63,966 bases of DNA from Octopus bimaculoides (GCF_001194135.2 NC_068982.1:179244553-179308518); one strand, 5' to 3'. Shown: positions 23,231 to 37,672, counted from the stretch's first letter. Numbers and translations are program-made. The notes: a model not told the origin generated them from the sequence alone.

Positions 23231-23408
23231 TTATTAAAGCTGCAGAGACATCGCAAAAATGTCACAAAAACACCTGCTAGTCAGAGTTTCACGTTTCCGT
23301 TCATGGAGCAGGAGCAGTTGTGATCCAGAATGGAATAAGAATTGAGGTTGTACGTATAATTTATATTTTCATAATGACATTTTTCTGATCTTTTTGCAGC
23401 TTTAATAA
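23231..23408. repeat. 34-bp imperfect inverted repeat enclosing a decayed HHR-like motif
   Basis: 23231-23264 ttattaaagctgcagagacatcgcaaaaatgtca versus the reverse complement of 23375-23408, ttattaaagctgcaaaaagatcagaaaaatgtca. Confidence 0.8.
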
Positions 23409-23812
23409 TTAAGCGTATGTGAGTGGACAGATGAAAGGAAGTGACACTCATCCTATTTAGCAGGAGTCACATATATTATTTAATAATGGTTAGACCCAAC
23501 CCCATGCAACTTACAGTCTCGTAGGCTAGTAGAACGAACCTAACACGGCAGGCATAAGGAGATTGAGCAACAGGATATGAGACAAATTCAAGAGGGCTAC
23601 AAGGAGTTAAGCCTCTATTGGCCAGCTCAGGTCACGGAGGTGTTGTTGGCCTGAAGACGAATTGCGTCAAGGTGCTGTTGTTTCTCACAGACGGTGCCCA
23701 ACTGATCCTACTATACTGTGTAGTCGATAGATTCAAAAACAAACAATGCGCACGCACGAAATAAAAAATATAAAATGGCGACAGCTTACCCATCGCTCCC
23801 AGTATGTGTGTG

Positions 23813-23848
<36 letters not shown>

Positions 23849-24111
23849 TGTATATATGTATGCATATATATATATATGTATGTATGTATGCATGTATGTA
23901 TGTATGTGTGTATGTATGTATATACATATAAAAATACTTGAGCGTTATACTAGAATACGACATTTATTAATTTTACATGAAAAGGTTGAATAACTTCGAA
24001 ATGTTCAGCTTACTAGACTTCATTCGACAGTCTGATAACGGCTAGTGCAATGGTACTTCGGAGTTACTGTCAACCCTCTTCTTCACGTGCATGTATGTGT
24101 GTTTGTGTGTG

Positions 24112-24142
<31 letters not shown>

Positions 24143-24143
24143 T

Positions 24144-24248
<105 letters not shown>

Positions 24249-25540
24249 TGAAGTAATAAAAGTCGTTTTGTGCTTGGTGAATCGATATATTAATAATTTA
24301 ACAGGAAAGTTAATGTACAGAATGTATAGACGTGAATATAAATCTTGACTAGTGAGCAGGCAGACTGTCAGACTGGGATAGATAGAAAAATAATTATATG
24401 GAGAGATAGATAGATTATCATTGATAGTAAATGTATATAAGCACTCTCTTCTCCTCTGAACTGTTAGTCTATACGCATATTGTTCACAGCGAAATGATAT
24501 GTTTCCTGAAAATTGCTGCTCTTCTCTCCATTGGTTTTTATATCATTGTGTATTCATAACAGCGGTCATTCACTTGTTTTCTTTTTACTCGCAAGATTAT
24601 TTCTCAACGGATTTATCGATTTGAAGATAAACAATCGAAATCTTTTGTATTCATATTGCCTCTAAAAGTTTCTTTCTATTTTTTATACTGTTTTATAGTA
24701 TTTTTTATATAGGAAAAACGATGAAAGAATTCTGCAGATAATTCCTATACAGAAGGAAAAATTCTGACATAAACAATCTTCTAAAATAATCAACGGAACA
24801 AAATTGGCCAAATTTCCGAGTTGCTCTTGATTTTGGATTTCGTTTTTTTTTTTTTACATATATATTTTTTTATCAATTATTTACTATTCTTTTGCTGATA
24901 TAGTTTCTACATTCATACATATCAACTCTTTTGCAATTATGTGTACATTTCAAATACTTCTTTAAAAACATATATTCGATAATACAGTTCTCAACCACTG
25001 TCGTATCATAGTTTGGAAAGAAATCGTTACTCTTGTTGGAGATTATCATTGAAATTAGAGAAGATTGGTATTGGTATCAAAAACAAGAGTTTATTCACTA
25101 AAATAATAAACAGGAAGCTAGTGTGCCGTGTCAAGTTTAGAAAAGAACAATGAAAGTTTCGATAAGAAATAACCACTAAAGAAACATAACATGGTTTCAT
25201 CGATATTTTGCGTACACACATTTAAATGCATTTCATTCAAATGACTCTCAGTTCTAATCATCCAAACATCTGTTAATCAGGTGGCATCTGCTTCATATGT
25301 TGTTTTTATTTACAGTATTTCTCATTTAGGAATATTTCTCCCCACTCTATCTTTCTCTTTCTCTCTCTCTCGTGATATCTTTAGTTTTCTTTTTGCAGGC
25401 GTACATTTTGAAGATTTCATTACATACAATCGCCGTATAACGACACTTACAATTTAATAGTACAACATACTCAGTACACATTTTCACTACAAATTCATCA
25501 CAAAACACTATATAACACAACGCTAGACATACACACGTAC

Positions 25541-25578
<38 letters not shown>

Positions 25579-26071
25579 ACACACACACACACACACACAT
25601 ACATNNNNNNNNNNNNNNNNNNNNNNNNNNNNNNNNNNNNNNNNNNNNNNNNNNNNNNNNNNNNNNNNNNNNNNNNNNNNNNNNNNNNNNNNNNNNNNNN
25701 NNTATATATATATATATATATATATGTCAATTCGTTGTGCAAGATTCTTGGTGTGAAATCGTGTATTGAAACAGATATTGTTGTATTTCGAGATGGTAAT
25801 TTTTTTTCTTTTTTTCTAATAGTCCGTGTGTTTATTTGTCAAAACAGAAGACAAATGACCATCCAGAAATACAACAATATATATTTACATATCTATAGCA
25901 CACATATTATAAAGCTGGGCCTGTTATGTATGGCGGCAATGTTAGCCCTCAATTCTACATCCTAGTGTAGTAAGCAGTGTCACAACCATCTGCTATACAT
26001 TGGGCGACTTTAACATTTACGAAATATTAAAATCTGGAACCGAGGAGGTACATAGAAAATACAGTTAAATC

Positions 26072-26552
26072 TACAGTGTTCGAGGTAAATTTGGCGGTTT
26101 GCAGTATAGGAAACGAAAACACAATATCCCATCCAAAAATGAAAATACTTTAAAAAATGTAAACTATCAAGTAGGCTACAGCTTGGAGATAATAGGTTAT
26201 TCAATGTAGCCACCCTCATCTTTTGCTAAGTCCTCAAGATGGCTCCAGAAGCTGGAGCTTGCGTTCTTCACTATGTCCCTGGCAAGATCTTCGAACTCCT
26301 CCTTAATCTTGACCACCAGCCAAGACTTAGTTTGCAAGCAGAGTGGTTGGTGTCATTTTCAACCGTGCCTCACACATCCACGCAAAGTAATCCATGAGAT
26401 TACAATCAGGGGAACTATGAAGCCAGAAATTTGTGCTGGCGAAGTCGTAGAAATGCTCTGATAACCGCGTTTGACTCTTTCCAGGGTATGGCATGGAACC
26501 GAATCCTTCTGCCACACATAGAGCCTTCCAGCAGCGACCCTCACCAGTCACA
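26072..26552 (-). mobile_element. maT (DD37D) Tc1/mariner relic, 3' part
   Basis: GRLYVWQKDSVPCH / KSQTRLSEHFYDFASTNFWLHSSPDCNLMDY; 37 residues between the two Ds after correcting one frameshift; putative terminus ..CGAACACTG-TA at 26072. Confidence 0.85.
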
Positions 26553-27797
26553 GTCTCTCGAGCAGCTTCACATAGTCACTTGATTTGAGCCAAAGACCCA
26601 GTGCAATTATGTGGGGATGAATCTCGGCGTGCGAGGGCAGTCAGAATTCCTGCAGTATCCCCTTTTGCTGATCTCGGTTTTATGGTTTCTGTTTCAGTTG
26701 TCCATGTCACGCCTTTACATTGTTTACAGAGCATTAATCAGCAGTCATGAAATTGGCAAGTGGATACCCGGGGGGAACTATCATGATACAGGTTACTCTT
26801 TTCCAATATAGAGATGGCTTCCGATTCTCCGTGCCAGATAACGTTTCTCAACTACGCTCTCTGACACCGTTCACTTTTAACCAATGCATCAAACTGTTCC
26901 TGAACAAATGCGTTATAACAATCGTGAAGTTTATCCGGAATATTCTTTAACTGTTAAAATAGCTGAAAAAAAGAGTGGGGATGAAGCAGAGAATATAACA
27001 ACCGTTATAATGCTGAGGAATCTCGAATAATTTTCAAGGCAGTGCTTCACCATGGCTGCAGTAAAATGACTGAAACAAGTAAAAGAATAAAACAATAATA
27101 ACAATTCAGAGAAACGTAAATTTTAGTTGAAAGAAAACCTATTGTGTCAGAGAGGAAACGTAAAAATAAAAGACAGTTTACAAGTTTTATGTGAATTAAA
27201 TATATGAGAGGAAAACCTTTAAGGGAAGATGTAAAACGGATTATTTTTTGTCGGCATAAGCGTTTATGTATGTATTAAGAAGATAGAAATTCATGATAAT
27301 AGTGCTTCTGATTACCAACGTCGAAGGGCAGTAATTGTTATATAAATACTAGAAGACATTAGAAGTTGAGGTTTTCTAGAAAAGAAGTCTGAAAGGACAA
27401 ATAAAAAGATTAATAAAATTGAAAGATTTTTCAAAAGGGAAAACATCAAACTTTTCTACATAGAAAAAGTTTAACAAGTCTCAAGATCACAAATTGGAAA
27501 GGAATGAACAATGATAGATNNNNNNNNNNNNNNNNNNNNNNNNNNNNNNNNNNNNNNNNNNNNNNNNNNNNNNNNNNNNNNNNNNNNNNNNNNNNNNNNN
27601 NNNNNNNNNNNNNNNNNNNNNNNNNNNNNNNNNNNNNNNNNNNNNNNNNNNNNNNNNNNNNNNNNNNNNNNNNNNNNNNNNNNNNNNNNNNNNNNNNNNN
27701 NNNNNNNNNNNNNNNNNNNNNNNNNNNNNNNNNNNNNNNNNNNNNNNNNNNNNNNNNNNNNNNNNNNNNNNNNNNNNNNNNNNNNNNNNNNNNNNNN

Positions 27798-27836
<39 letters not shown>

Positions 27837-27839
27837 CTG

Positions 27840-28420
27840 GATTTAAGCCTGAGGAACAGTAGTAGTATCGAACAAAAGTAGAAGAGGGAAGTTTTGGGTT
27901 TGCATAGGTGTATTGTATACCTGGCTAGTGTAAAAGCGTTTTAAAGATTCTGTAGCAGTAAAAGACAGAAATGACACAGCGATATATTGCGAAGGTTGTT
28001 TTCAGTAAAGGACATCCAGTGAGTAGGATAGACTTGAGATGTCTGGGATGTGTATGAATGGCTACAATATGTTAAATATTTCTTCGAGTGAAAGACAGTG
28101 TCTCTTAGAGCTGAGTATTTTGGTCTGAACGCAAATATTTTCTTAAAGCCGATATGGAAATAGAGAAGTGTGAGAAATCTCAGATGCACCAGATGTAAAG
28201 GAATATTTGTCTGAGAGAACCTCAACATTAAGGTAAGTCTCTATGGAAGAAATAAGAGTTGGCTGGTGTCTTCATTGCATTATGGAAGAGAATAGAGTGG
28301 TTGGGATAGAATCTTTAGTGTGTTCATAGATAGAAGATAGTTAACTTTAAGGAAATGGAAGATGGAAAAAAAAAACCGTTTAGTGAGAACAGTAGCTGTA
28401 TACCACCTGTCACTATCTTT
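27840..28420 (-). mobile_element. Heavily decayed LINE-like fragment (possibly CR1/Jockey-group RT C-terminal region)
   Basis: Weak resemblance of KYSALRDTVFHSKKYLTY to the KDLGV.FDSKL.F pattern; purine-rich plus strand. Confidence 0.3.
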
Positions 28421-29047
28421 GCTTTAGAGTAGCCTAAGAAATATGACAAGAACTGGTTTCTGAAGTCAATAGAGACGTAAATGTGTGGAGGAGGTGGTGA
28501 CCAAAAACATTATTATAAATATATCATAAAATGAAAAACACATTTCTGACCAATTTAACCAAGGTTATCTAGTTATCCTGTGACAAACGTCTTTGATCAA
28601 AGTCTTTTGCAATTTTCTGGAGATCAATGGATGTAATCAGTTTCCTTAGGTTATTCTGATTGGCGTAGGACACTGGCAAGTGATATACGTACTGATTTGA
28701 AATTTGTATAGCCATATGCTACTCGTAATGCATACGAACATTCAAATAACACATGTGCAAATGCCACGACGTATGCGACAACGGTGATAGGCATTTCTTT
28801 TTAGGTAGGATGAATTGTATAAGAACATTATCAACAACATTCTGAATAAGAACCTTTTATCTTCAAGATTACCAAATTTACAAGACCGTCAAATTTGTTG
28901 TATGTTAAATTTGCAAAGTCCAGAAATCAAGAAATATATTTGATTGAAATATTACACAGAGGAAAGCTTAATATGATTACATATTGCTGAATTATTTAAA
29001 CGTAATATTAAAGCTTCGGAAGAATATGAACTGCAGTGTTCGTATAC

Positions 29048-29166
29048 TATTTCACAATTTTTCCCCAAGTGGCTTCTTTCATATGAATGAAATAAGTGTT
29101 GTTGGTGGTAATGTTGTCCGTAATGCATTTGTGGCACTTGTTTTGAATGATATGAAGTGAAAAGGT
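29048..29166 (-). CDS. Weak candidate exon
   Basis: Acceptor tcgtgtggtctttag, donor ATA|GTATAC; frame TFSLHIIQNKCHKCITDNITTNNTYFIHMKEATWGKIVK open. Confidence 0.2.
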
Positions 29167-29881
29167 CTAAAGACCACACGAAACTATCTTCATTTATATA
29201 ATATTTTCAATGGAAGGAAAATTGATATTCAGTTAGTGAACATATGATCTTGAAGGTGACATAGGTTTTGAAATGAAAAATAGATTAATATTGTGAGAAG
29301 GAAGTTACAATTATCTGGTTTAAATGAGAAAGAGAATGAAGAATAGTGCTTCTTGGTTGGTAAGTTTGACTATAAGCTTCTGACACAGTCGTGGCTTTGT
29401 AATTATCCACACGAAACATCTAGATCTACGATAGTGTATAATACAAACGAGAGGTGAATTAGCAGAGAACTGGTTCTGCAACTTGGTTTACATTGTGACA
29501 TGGAGCTACTCTAGTTCACTTACATCTACAACTCTTGTCAGAAATATTATTTCTCTTCTGTAAATCTAAGGTTTTAATCCTACTGCACGAATCAATAAAT
29601 AGAAACTACTGAGGTATGATAGCAATATTTCACTTTAAAAAATAACGATGACACATCTGTAAAATGATCGATGAAATATTGCCTGCAGTTGATTAATTTC
29701 CTAAATGATTCTAATGTTCTGGAACAAAGCCTCAGTTTATAACAAGTAATGGTTGTCTAATTTAGTTGCTTTCATAAAGGCATTAACAAACATTACTTCA
29801 ATGTGTATGTGTATCTTTTTTGTGTTTGTATGTGCATATAATTACACTACACGCACTTATTATTATATATGTGTAGATGTT

Positions 29882-29940
<59 letters not shown>

Positions 29941-30172
29941 ATATATATGATATAGTTATATATATAATATAAATTTATATAATATATATATATTTACATA
30001 TATATTATATATAATAATTATGTATTAAATATAATATTTATATATACATATATATACATATATATGACATAAAAATGTATATCATGAATAAATGATTATA
30101 TTCAATATATATCTAAGTATTTATATACGAATGTATATATATGAATAGATTTACACATAAATATATGTATGC

Positions 30173-30231
<59 letters not shown>

Positions 30232-30892
30232 GAATGAACAAGCGCACACACATACACACACACGCACTCACATACATACACACATATACGTGCATATGCG
30301 TATGTTATTTTATATGCTTTAGTATATATATAATGATAGGGAAATATTGCTTTCAAGTTATATGATCAATAAAGAATATTGTCTATGCCTTATCGAAAGA
30401 ATCTAATTGATAATTCAGAGACGTCGTTTCTTTCATCTTTATAGAACTCTTTAACTGTATATTGCAATATCGATCGTGATGGGTAATGACAGGATGACGT
30501 CACACAAAGAAGTACATGCAGAATCACTCTTGAACAGTTCCCTTCGGGAAATGTTCATGTATAAGATGTATACATAAATTGCTTATACAATCTATATGAC
30601 AGATTCAGGTTTAAGTACTGCATCTATGTATAAGGACAAATTAATATTTTCCAAAAAATGTCTTGATGAAAACGAGTTTAGAGAATGTTAACCTCTGATG
30701 TTTCCATTCGTGGTATAACTTTATTAATAGTACACATTACCTTGAAGAAAAAAGGGAAATATATGTTATTCTTCTGTTAAAACGAGTTTCGTTTTACACC
30801 TTCTACGACATATTTGCACCTTGATGATTTCATATAAATGCATACGTCGTCGAAGTTAGAATTGTTAATTAGATTTGCCAACTAGGTATGCA

Positions 30893-31954
30893 TACAGGGT
30901 CTTGTAGATAAATTGAGACCAATTTTAAGCAGTTGACTTAGTGGGCTTAACATTTCATTCTTTTACAAAACCTCGCTTGATTGAGAATCTAATTGTCCTA
31001 TTTATTTTCAGTTAAATAGCGAACTGATTCGATAACAGAAAGTCATGAAACAACAGAATCGTCTGGCATTGTTGTTTTGGCGCGCGCTGGGCACACTGCC
31101 AATAAAATTGTTAAGTTGATGAACCTTCCAAAAGTAACGATGTATCGTGTGTATAAATAATTTAAAGAAGAGGGCAAGATTGATAGAAAAGAACACAACA
31201 CGAAGTGATTCTAAGCGGAATCCAAAGTTTCTTGCTGGCCTGAAACGCTCGATTGAAGCCAACCCATCCACATTCATGACAACTCTTGCAAAGAAATGCA
31301 ATGTGTCCCTTTCTACGGTATCCAGAACTGTGAACAGGAACCTTGGCATGACTAGCTATGTTCGACGACACCGTCACCGCCTAACAGTCAAAGCCAAATG
31401 CAATGTGAGCAAAGAGATACCCAAAGCTTCTCTCATTCACCAAGTATCAAGGAACAGGAAAAATTACGTGTTTGTGGACGCTGAGATGAATCGCAAAAAT
31501 TCTCTGTGATTGCATACAACCCTTATGACGTCCCCCACTGTGTTTGAGACTAAGATTCCTGCCTCTGTGATGGTATCTGGAGTCGTGGTGAGTGATGCAA
31601 GGGCTATGGATCCACACTTCACTGAGTCTGGCTTGCAGATCGGCACAAAGGAGTATCTGGACATCCTGAAGCACGTTGTTACCTTGGATGGAACAGAAGT
31701 TTGGGCTTGACAATGTGGTGTTTATCCAGGATTCTGCACCATGCAATAGGTCAAGATACCATTTTTGTGATGGTCAAAATCTGGCCCAGTAATATCCCAG
31801 ATCTCAACCTTCTCGATTACGTTTTATGAGGCGTATTTCAAGCAAGGACCACATTCGAGTGTCAACATTTTGAAGACCTGCATTGTGTGTGCGACGCGCA
31901 AAATCAAAAAGGCGGAGGTTGTCGCAGCTGCAAAACATTTCCGTAATCGTGCGT
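30893..31954 (+). mobile_element. maT (DD37D-like) Tc1/mariner transposase pseudogene, 3' end missing
   Basis: Starts TA-CAGGGTCTTGTAGATAAATTGAGAC; ATG 31045; ANPSTFMTTLAKKCNVSLSTVSRTV, ETKIPASVMVSGVV..GLQIGTKEYLDILK, FIQDSAPC, WPSNIPDLNLLDY. Confidence 0.9.
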
Positions 31955-32901
31955 CTGATTGGCAGTTAGTTGATGACTGCTGGAGAAACTTGCTTATGGA
32001 GGAAATTGCAGAGGTTAACAGATCTAGAGAGTAAAGATAAGGAAACTAGGAAACGTAGGATGTAGGAGGGGGCGCTGAGACTTGTAGTAAATAAAGGAGA
32101 AGATAGCAGTACGTCAGTGGTATTTCCCTAGAGGTATCATACAACTAACTTGCTATGAGAGCAGAGGCGGCAGTAGCCGTGTAAAGAAGTCAATTTGGGA
32201 GAGTAACTGAAAAGTACTGGTGAGTGGCTTACTGCCAATCAGTCACGTAACTTTCTTTTGCATTGATTCTGTAACAGTGATTCAGACCAATGCATCAGAG
32301 ATTTATTTATTCGTGAGTCTCACTTTATATTTGTAGAGAATCGGCAACAGTTAAGAACCGAAGTATTTTCTGATATTGAAGAGTAGAGTTTGTCTATGAA
32401 ATTCAGTTTTAGCTCTTGCATGCGTGACTTCGTAGAGAAAATATTATAAGCGCTGTCATCGGTTAATTAATAGTTCAGAAATTAAGAGAATAACTTCTAC
32501 AAACAAGGTTTAGAATTGAAATATTCTAAAATGTTTTGTAACTTATATTAGGTCATGATGTTCTTCTCACTTGGTGTAACTAGAATTTGCAGGGAAATAT
32601 ATACATTATTCTGCTAGTTAAGAAATAATTGCTATGTTGAGGGCAACTCTTATAATAGTGAGAAAGATAATATTGGAAGTGGCAGTATTACGGTTATAGT
32701 GTTTGTGGTCGAGTCCATATTAGTGGATGTAATGTGTTTAGTTAGCACGGTAAAAGGGATAGATGATTATATAGATGTCTTAACTAATGAAAATACTTTC
32801 TTAACATTTCTTTGTTCACGTAGTTTGGCAAACCATTCTATCTCAACAACATTAAACCAACAAAGAATTCTCTTGATATTTACGTGAAAATTTCTTCTTA
32901 C

Positions 32902-32975
32902 CTCAAGCTAGAACAGCTGTGAAACAAGTCTTCAGAAATGACTTCTGATGATAACAATTATATTTCAAAGATCAG
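32902..32975 (-). other. Candidate 74-nt non-coding (UTR/lncRNA) exon
   Basis: Acceptor atatatttccccttgtgtag, donor GAG|GTAAGA; stops in all three frames, no ATG. Confidence 0.35.
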
Positions 32976-33915
32976 CTACACAAGGGGAAATATATTTATA
33001 TGCTTCTCCCGTTAGCTACAATCGATTATATTTTCAAAAGTCTTTTCTAAACCTCATAGAGAACCAATATCAATCTACTGAAACATTTGGGAACTCTATC
33101 TAGTTACCATTTAGCTAGCATTGGATCTTATTCAAAATACGTCACGAAATTGGGAAAGCAATTGTTTAGCAGTAATTTCTAATGCATTTCAAATTAAAGC
33201 CAAAATAGATAAAACCCTAACAAAATTGTACTCTATGACCACAGTTTTATTGCATAAATATTTAGTTTGAACCTGATGGAATCGGTTAAAATAGACTACT
33301 AACAGATAAGATGTTTTGAATTACATATGTAAAGCAATTAGAAGCAGAATTTAAAAATTGGTTTCAACACATTATCTGGAATTCTTTGCAATTATATGAA
33401 TTATAAATCCAATGGAGCCTCTAAGTGGTTATCCAATCTATCAGGTATAACAACAAACTTTTCCTCAACTCACAACATTTTTTCAAAAGAAAGGGCACTT
33501 TCAATAAAATAGTTTTAGATACACAAAACGCCAGGATGGTTAAAGCTAATAAAGTCTTTATGAAAAGTCTCCCAGATCAATGCTGACCTGACTCTGAACA
33601 CCATACGCAACAAACAAAAAGCTATGGTAGGAGCAATCACCATGAGATAAGAAAAGTGACATATTTTTCAGTAGTGAAAAAAAAGTGGGTAATACGTCAG
33701 AACTTTTACAGCATGATTTTGAATTTAAATCATATTAGAATCTATTTTGCCATTGTTCCTCTTTTCACGGCTACTCAATTAAGTATCAATAAAATATTAA
33801 TGTTGCTTTAATCTATAATATTTTCTCACCTTTCTTACTCGAATACAAAGTATAAATAATTATAGGATGGAATATATTTGGAAAGGTTTCTTATTCTTAC
33901 ATGCCTCTTTTAAAG

Positions 33916-33960
<45 letters not shown>

Positions 33961-34839
33961 ATATACGCAAGGCAAATAATTATATTTGTGCCCCTATTAA
34001 CACACAAAGCTGACAAATGTACAAGAAATTAAATTCAAGAACTGCTAATTCGTTTTTTAAACTAATTTTTAAAAATTAGTCGGCAAGGTAAAAGTGGAAG
34101 ACACATCTAAAGAGTTTGAGTTCATTAAGTGCACAAAACCAAAATAATTTGTTAATTTAGTCCCATTAACAAGAACGGGAATCGAAACTAAATTAAATGT
34201 TTTCTAAGATATAGATCAAACTTCAAACGGAAATAAAACTCATCAACTTAGTTTCTCTGAAACAAGCGTCGGGAAAGTAAAATCATTCACTTTCGATCTA
34301 GCACCTTATTCAATATCTATCTCTCTTTTTGACTATCGCTTTACCACTCTGTCTATCTATCTGTTTATATAACTCTCTTCACTTCCATGATACTGTACAT
34401 GAAAGGCAGACGGAGAGAGTGAGAGAGAGATTGCAGATGAAAAATGAGAGAGAAAAGGTGGGGGAATGAACATACAATATTATTCTGTTTGGTGAAACGT
34501 TTGTTTGCACACACGCAATTACACACAGAAATATACACCAATATACATAACATTCAATAAATGTTACTGTGCTAAGTTTCCGTATATTCCTAAACGTTGT
34601 GACTCCAAAACAGTACTATTCTAAAATTCTAAAAACTAAACAGTTCTAGAGCCACTGCTGGTCTACATCATCGAATATCAGTTCCACATAATTCCATAAA
34701 AGGAATTACCTGTATCGTAAAAGACGAATAACGGTGTTAGAGATGACGGTAGAAAGCTGCAGCAAGAAAAGAAAATGAACGAGGCGGAAAAAAAGAGTGA
34801 ATGAGTCAAAGAGATTTTGAATATACGAAATCGTTTATG

Positions 34840-34883
<44 letters not shown>

Positions 34884-34978
34884 NNNNNNNNNNNNNNNNN
34901 NNNNNNNNNNNNNNNNNNNNNNNNNNNNNNNNNNNNNNNNNNNNNNNNNNNNNNNNNNNNNNNNNNNNNNNNNNNNNN

Positions 34979-35013
<35 letters not shown>

Positions 35014-35279
35014 TTCAACACAATATGACATAATGCATGCTTAAATGAAAATATGTATCCTCGGTCGGTTGCGATGGTGAGTATTCCAGTTGCTTGAATT
35101 ACATATGCGTTGTGTAGTTGTGCAAATGGTTGAGGATTCCACAAACATTTCTACATTCAAAGCAATTATTAGATGCATTGATTGTGTCTCTATGGATGAA
35201 GCATTATTTCAAAGTGTTTAAAACCAGCATTTGACCATAGCCAGTTCAAAAACTCAATACGGGATCACCAACAATTGAC

Positions 35280-35565
35280 CCAACTGCTGCTGTTACTCGT
35301 ACTACCGTCACCACCACCATCACCACTACCAATAATATTACTACTGTTATCACTAGTTACTCCTGCTGTTCCTCATTCCCTCCCCTCCTCCTCTCCTTCT
35401 TCTTCTTCTTCTTCTTCTTCTTCTCCTTCTTCTTCTTTTTTCCCTCCCCCCTCCTCCTCCTCCTCCTACTAGTACAAATAATAATAATAATAACAACAAC
35501 AACAACAATAATAATAGTAGTAGTAGTAGTAGTAGTAGTAGCAGCAGCAGTAGTAGTAGTAGTAG
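35280..35565. repeat. Compound trinucleotide low-complexity tract
   Basis: (CCA),(TCT),(CCT),(AAT),(AAC),(TAG),(CAG) runs. Confidence 0.93.
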
Positions 35566-35574
35566 GAGACTAGC

Positions 35575-36600
35575 AAAATCCTCTGGGATTTCCCAATCCA
35601 AGCAGATCAGGTGCTAGAGCACAACAGACCGGAACTAGTGGTGGTCGACAAGATGCTCCACATGTGCTATTTAGTTGATGTTGCATGCCCCTTTCACCAA
35701 TAGTCAAGAAGGAAGCCGAAAAAATATATAAATACAACCCTCTTAATGAAGAAGGTGAAGATAGTGCCAATAATTATTGTTGGGCCCTTGGGGACACTAT
35801 CGAAGGCATCAAGGAGAATATCAAGTAAATTGGAATAAAGTGCCCAGTAGAAGTGCTTGTGTACAGCGTTCTAACAGCATCAACCATCCTGAGAGTAATA
35901 CCATAGAGTGTAAGGATGTTAAACATAAGATCTCTGCTAATGGAATCAAATGCTTTGTGAAAGTCAACAAAACAGATGTTGACGCGTTTGTTAAATTTTT
36001 TCCTTTCTTCCAGTATGCGACGGAAGGAGAAGATTTGAACAGTTGTTCACCGGCCTCTTCTAAATCCATTCTGATTCTTACGAAGAAGTGGATCGAGCAT
36101 AGGTACAATGCTATTAACCAGAAGTTTGTTATGAACTTTTTTGCTATAATTGGGATCAGAGTAATGCCTCTATAATTTGCTGCACTTGTTAGATCACCTT
36201 TTGGGGGAACAGGAACAAATACCACCCTTCAACCAAGCTGATGGAGGCAAATGATGTAGATATGTGTCGTTGCAGAAACCTAGCAGGGTTTCATGAAATA
36301 TTGGATCTTTCCACAGTAATGTTGGTATCTTATCAAGTCTTGGAGATTTATTGTTAGCAAAACTACCGAGAGCTACTTTGAGTTGATCCAATGTGAAAAA
36401 GTCCGTATTGATGTCCTTTAGCGGGTGACGATATGTGCATCTCGGATCACGAGCAGAAGTGATGGGGGAACATCATAGCCATGCGTTGAGGGGAATTATT
36501 TAAGGTGTGGATAATTCCCCTTTGGAAACATTGGTGTTTTGTTCTTCATCCTTAAACAACCCTTATTCAGGAAGCTTTTGAGCGGGATGGGCTAATCGAC
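35575..36600 (-). mobile_element. RTE-clade LINE reverse transcriptase fragment, internally deleted
   Basis: NKSPRLDKIPTLLWK..WLKGGI / VPVPPKGDLTSAANYRGITLIPIIAK; shifted frames give KNQNGFR and FVDFHKAFDSISR. Confidence 0.9.
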
Positions 36601-36639
36601 CTGAAGAAAATTCTAACTAGGCCCCACCTGCTAGGTCAT

Positions 36640-37672
36640 ACGCTGTTTATCTTACTTTCCAGGAAAGGAATTTAGAAGAGGGTTAATATCAATAGAAGAC
36701 TGCGCCAAGTTAGAGAGAGTAGATATAACCTCCTATGTAGGTAATACTCAAGAAAGTTTAAGATCTGCTACAGTAAGAGTACCTCATAGAGAAACCAAAG
36801 AGCCAAATGAAGTTATAAAACAGAGAAAAGAAGAAAGATTATCTGACTGGCAACAGAAGGCTTCGCATAATAGATTCCCAGAGATAGTAGCAGGAAATAG
36901 TAATAGTGAGACATTGTTATAGTTGTAGAATGGAAGGCTGAAAAGCGAGACAGAAAGTTTCTCAGAAGCAGGACAAGTCAAACATTGAGGACGAATTGGA
37001 TAAAAGCCAAGATCGACAAAAAAAGAAGTAGATTCCCAATGTAGGTTATGTAAATCAAAAGAAGAAAGCGTTATTCTGTGCCAACATGAATGTGACATGT
37101 TGACACAGAAAAAATATAAAAATACATGACAAGCTACCGAGAATAATCCAACGGGAGTTATGTAGAAGCTAGAAATTGACCATACTGATAAATGGAATGA
37201 ACATGAACCTAGTAAAATGCTAGAAAGAAAGTAATATAACATGTTGTGAGATTTTAACATTCAGACTGACAATGTAATAGAAGCTAGAAGGTCTGATTAA
37301 GTAGTAGTAGACAAAGAGAATAGAAAATGGCAGGTAATTTACTTTACAGTCCCAAATGATGAGAAAGCCAATTTGAGAGGTATAGAGAAAGCAGAAAAGT
37401 ACCAGGAACTAGCCATTGAGTTACAGTGGCTGTGAAAAGTGCGGGTAAACTGTATCCTTGTAGCTACAGGTACACTAGGAACTATTCCTAAAGATCTGAA
37501 CAGATGGATAAAGGGATTAAGCGTAAAACCTAGTTTAGTTCAGCTCCAGAAAAGAGTGTTGTTATAGATAGCTAAGTTACTTAGGAAGGTTCTTGGCAAC
37601 TAAGGTTACTTGTAGCTTGATGTTAGGAATTTTTTCTTTTACAACAGTTTCATGTGTTGTGTGTAATTGAAA
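36640..37672 (+). mobile_element. R4/Dong-like LINE 3' end with zinc knuckle and restriction-like endonuclease
   Basis: RRGLISIEDC, LKSETES, RTNWIKAKID..CRLCKSKEES, DFNIQTDNVIEARRSD, EKYQELAIEL, GTLGTIPKDL; ends at an (ATA)n array. Confidence 0.9.

Noticed and set aside
25030-25097. Minus-strand exon NKLLFLIPIPIFS..
   Set aside because: Splice sites are fair, but joining to neighbouring candidates creates stops; boundaries approximate.
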